Positions 61,268-64,000 of a DNA stretch of 64,000 nt are shown piece after piece (positions within the stretch are counted from its first letter, which is position 1; every line of letters begins with the position of its first letter). The position numbers and the translations under genes were made by a program. Where the stretch lies: assembly GCA_965248535.1 (NCBI GenBank), contig CBDFJR010000002.1:1056001-1120000 (forward strand). Reading direction: 5' to 3'. This stretch comes from Phormidesmis sp. GTDB lineage: Bacteria; Cyanobacteriota; Cyanobacteriia; Leptolyngbyales; Leptolyngbyaceae. A model generated the notes under the pieces. That model was not told the origin of the DNA, made no database searches, and worked only from the letters and a program-made list of their open reading frames with translations.

Positions 61268-63811
61268 TTACTTGATCTTTCGCTGGAAGATGAACGTGCC
61301 ACCCGCAGAGCCAGGAGCAACCGATGTGACGGTGTCTTTATACTCCTGGATGTCAGTTGGAGTGCCGCTGGTTGTCACCGTGATAGCTCCACCCGCGTCA
61401 GTTGCAGAACCTGTCGCTGTGCCAGGGAACTTCGGATCAAGCGTTGGGCCAAACCAAGTGTTAGTACCCGTGCTGCCGTTCTCAGTAATCACCAAGCTGT
61501 TAGCAGGCAAGGTGACATTGTTAGTTCCACCGCTGGTTGAGATGTTTTTGTAGGTGATGCGATACTCAATCACCCTGCCAGGCGAGGCAGCCGCGCTCAG
61601 ATCAGCTTGTACCTTGGTGAAGGTGCCAGCAGCCCCTGTGACTGGCGTGACCCCATCGACTTCCAGGATTCGGGCTTCTTTATCCAACGTCAGATAGTTG
61701 GTGTAGAGGCGATCGATCGTAGTGTTGCTCGGATCACCCGTTGGGCTGCCATCCCCATTGACATCAACAAACGCGGTTACGGGAACTGGGAACCCTTGGA
61801 ACTGAGGTGCCGCAGGAAGATCAACTGTCACCTGATAATCTGCTGTCGCTCCGGCTGCGATCGTCAGTTTGACCGGGCTGGTGGCAGTTGGCGTAACTCC
61901 ACCCGTTCCAGCAGTGCCTGAGACGAAAGCAAAGCCGCCTGCTGAGGTGTAGTTATAAGTTGCACTGCCCGACACTGGGTTAGTGATCGTCACTTTTGTG
62001 TTGTCTAGCAGGGCAGTTGTCGTTGTTGGAGGAGTGGGTAATAGCGAGATGACCTGAGACCCACCGCTGGTGTTTTGAGCAGTGTTGTTAAAGGTGAACG
62101 GAGGTGTCTGAGCATCGGTCAACGGGGTTGTAGGCGATAGACCCACAGGAGTCACGATCGACTTGTTGGTGTAGTCATCATTGGTATCAGTTGGGCCCAC
62201 GGCAGCAGGCTTTGTCTGTGGCCCGTTTAGAGGAGTCGCCGCGATCGTATACACGGTGTCTTCACCACCTGCGGTCTTAGTACCTCCACCATCTACACCT
62301 GTGTTGGTGTTGGTAGTGTTCGTCGGATCAGTTCCCGTTCCTGGGTCAGTTCCATCATTTCCAGGGTTAGCCACCCCGTCGCTGATGCCACCAGCGTTTG
62401 TAGCTGTGCCGCCTGATCCTGGATCGGGGTTGTTTCCAGCTAAACCGTCGTTGGCGGTTTGGTCACCCGATTCATCATAGACAATCTGGGTTGAGGTTCC
62501 TGGTGTAATCGTGCCGGGTTGAGACTGACCAAAGACTTGAGCCAAGTTTGCAACTTGTCCGCCTCCAAACCCACTAACGGGGGTGAGGTCGAATTGGAAG
62601 CCAGAAACCGTTGTGCCAGTGCCCGCTGAACCTTTAGAAATTCCAGCAGAAGTGGTGTCTTTGATAAAACCAATTCGAGTGATTGCCGGGCCTGAGGTAG
62701 GACGAGTGGTGCTCCACGCTGCGCCCAAAGCACTGGTGGTCAGAGGTGTTTGAGAATAAACTACTTGCCAGCCAGCAGGAGCGGTGATGGTGTTGGTCGC
62801 GCCAAACTGTAAGCCAACCGGAACCGCGTCACTGACTAAGACATAAGGGGTAGCGGTGCTGCTGTTGACGTTCAGGCTGGTGCCATAGAGATCCGATGTG
62901 ACAAACCCAGCAGGAGGGCTTGAGGGATTTTCAACTCGCAGCGCTAGCTTATAGGTCAGAATGTCATCCGTTAAGATGTTGGGTGTAGAGTTGTTGCTAT
63001 AGCTGCTCACCGCTTTGAGCACGGCTGCAAACGATTGCAGTCTAGCAGCAACCACGATCGGGGTGCTGGTTGCCATTGCTTCTCGTACACCGTTGCTGGG
63101 CGCGGTTGCATTGGTTTCGCCACCGACTCCGTTTCCGTTGTCCACTGTGTAGACATCATTTGCATTGCTGCCACTTACCGCCCGATCGAGGTTTTGTCCA
63201 TCAACAGGGGTAGTGTTTCCTAGCGACACTTTTAGGGTGCTGGTTGCGGTTGCACTGGCTAAGACTTTAATAGGCACCCGAATGGTAACTGTTCCGGTGG
63301 TGCCTGTGCCTGGATTGGCAACCAATGACCCTGAGTTTGCGCCTGTTGTCCCTAGCAAGTTGCCAGTGGTGTCTCCAGCGTTGGGCACGTTGACCGCCGT
63401 TCCTAGGGTCGTGCCATTGACTGCGACAATTTGAATCTGCCCATTTTGCGAGAAGGCAGTTGTGTTAGAAAGAGTAGCCGTGCCTGGGATAAAGAATTGA
63501 GTCGGATCGTTGCCCGTGTTGGTGATAACGAAGTCTACAAATAAGGTGTCGCCTGCGTTGGGGTTGGAAACACTAGGAGTTTGAGCGGTCAGCGCTACGC
63601 CTGCCACTTCTAAAACGTCGATCGTGACTTCATTAGAGGTAGTGGTGTAGTTAGTGGTGCCATCGGTAAAGGTGCCAGTCGCCGTGTTTTTAATCGAGGT
63701 TCCGGCAGCAGTGCCGTTTGCCCAGACAGGAGAGACGAGTTGGAAAGCGCTTCCGATCGCAAGGGTCGCTGCTAGCAGGTGTCGCAAATGAGAGTGTGAA
63801 CAAGTTTTCAT
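61268..63811 (-). CDS. secreted Thr/Gly-rich beta-repeat protein with DUF11-type domains (putative major fibre subunit)
   Basis: signal ending SPVWA; GTAAGTSIKNTATGTF; ITNTGND; C-terminal LTLDKEA..PGRVIEYRITYKN..LVITENG..FIFQRKIK*. Confidence 0.88.
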   Translation of the reverse strand: MKTCSHSHLRHLLAATLAIGSAFQLVSPVWANGTAAGTSIKNTATGTFTDGTTNYTTTSNEVTIDVLEVAGVALTAQTPSVSNPNAGDTLFVDFVITNTGNDPTQFFIPGTATLSNTTAFSQNGQIQIVAVNGTTLGTAVNVPNAGDTTGNLLGTTGANSGSLVANPGTGTTGTVTIRVPIKVLASATATSTLKVSLGNTTPVDGQNLDRAVSGSNANDVYTVDNGNGVGGETNATAPSNGVREAMATSTPIVVAARLQSFAAVLKAVSSYSNNSTPNILTDDILTYKLALRVENPSSPPAGFVTSDLYGTSLNVNSSTATPYVLVSDAVPVGLQFGATNTITAPAGWQVVYSQTPLTTSALGAAWSTTRPTSGPAITRIGFIKDTTSAGISKGSAGTGTTVSGFQFDLTPVSGFGGGQVANLAQVFGQSQPGTITPGTSTQIVYDESGDQTANDGLAGNNPDPGSGGTATNAGGISDGVANPGNDGTDPGTGTDPTNTTNTNTGVDGGGTKTAGGEDTVYTIAATPLNGPQTKPAAVGPTDTNDDYTNKSIVTPVGLSPTTPLTDAQTPPFTFNNTAQNTSGGSQVISLLPTPPTTTTALLDNTKVTITNPVSGSATYNYTSAGGFAFVSGTAGTGGVTPTATSPVKLTIAAGATADYQVTVDLPAAPQFQGFPVPVTAFVDVNGDGSPTGDPSNTTIDRLYTNYLTLDKEARILEVDGVTPVTGAAGTFTKVQADLSAAASPGRVIEYRITYKNISTSGGTNNVTLPANSLVITENGSTGTNTWFGPTLDPKFPGTATGSATDAGGAITVTTSGTPTDIQEYKDTVTSVAPGSAGGTFIFQRKIK

Positions 63812-64000
63812 GTCGGGTAGCAAGAGTATTGACAATCAAAAGAGTGAATTTGTAATCAGTGATGAGATTGCTGCTTTAGTCGTCGTGCAATGAGAGTTAA
63901 GAATCTAATGGAAGATAGAGCGCTTCGAGAGAACAGATCCAGACGCAATAAAGGAGGGTCAATAGAACAAGCTAGTCTTGTTAAAATCACAGGCTCCTAA

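Larger units (their letters stand above)
1..64000. repeat. HIP1 octamer GCGATCGC dispersed through the window
   Basis: e.g. 292-299, 833-840, 1193-1200, 1313-1320 and many more; hallmark of cyanobacteria. Confidence 0.95.

Noticed and set aside
1..64000. CRISPR array, tRNA, rRNA, transposase or integrase
   Set aside because: no regularly spaced repeat-spacer units, cloverleafs or transposase motifs found by eye
63836..64000. c-di-GMP-I riboswitch upstream of the fibre operon (GACGCAA seen)
   Set aside because: motif is on the wrong strand and lacks the GGCAAA partner; region cut by window edge

Overview
Chromosomal window from a cyanobacterium. Evidence: dense HIP1 octamer GCGATCGC, nblB, PSII S4-domain protein, CRR6, sufR-ftrC-sufBCDS and a cyanobacterial-type PEP-CTERM tail. 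A filamentous Leptolyngbyaceae-like host is only my guess. The first ~47 kb is mostly housekeeping (purM-rsmA-ispE, hemJ, sbcD, ilvD, tpiA, suf operon). It also holds glycosyltransferases, a CHASE4 kinase/REC-adenylate cyclase pair, several gene remnants, REP/MITE-like palindromes and a cluster of four perfect cyanobacterial DnaA boxes upstream of hemJ with no dnaA/dnaN in the window. The most notable region is the five-gene minus-strand operon at 52287-63811, encoding four secreted DUF11-type Ig-like proteins and a large outer-membrane beta-barrel. Its isopeptide motifs (Lys strand, acidic catalyst, Asn strand) are split between proteins: orphan N-terminal Asn strands on some, C-terminal Lys domains missing their last strand on others, plus a small paralogue lacking all three reactive elements. 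This suggests a covalently cross-linked, donor-strand-assembled fibre with its own usher-like pore and chaperone. A partly degenerate phosphorelay/c-di-GMP module lies next to it. All calls come from motif reading only; no searches were run.
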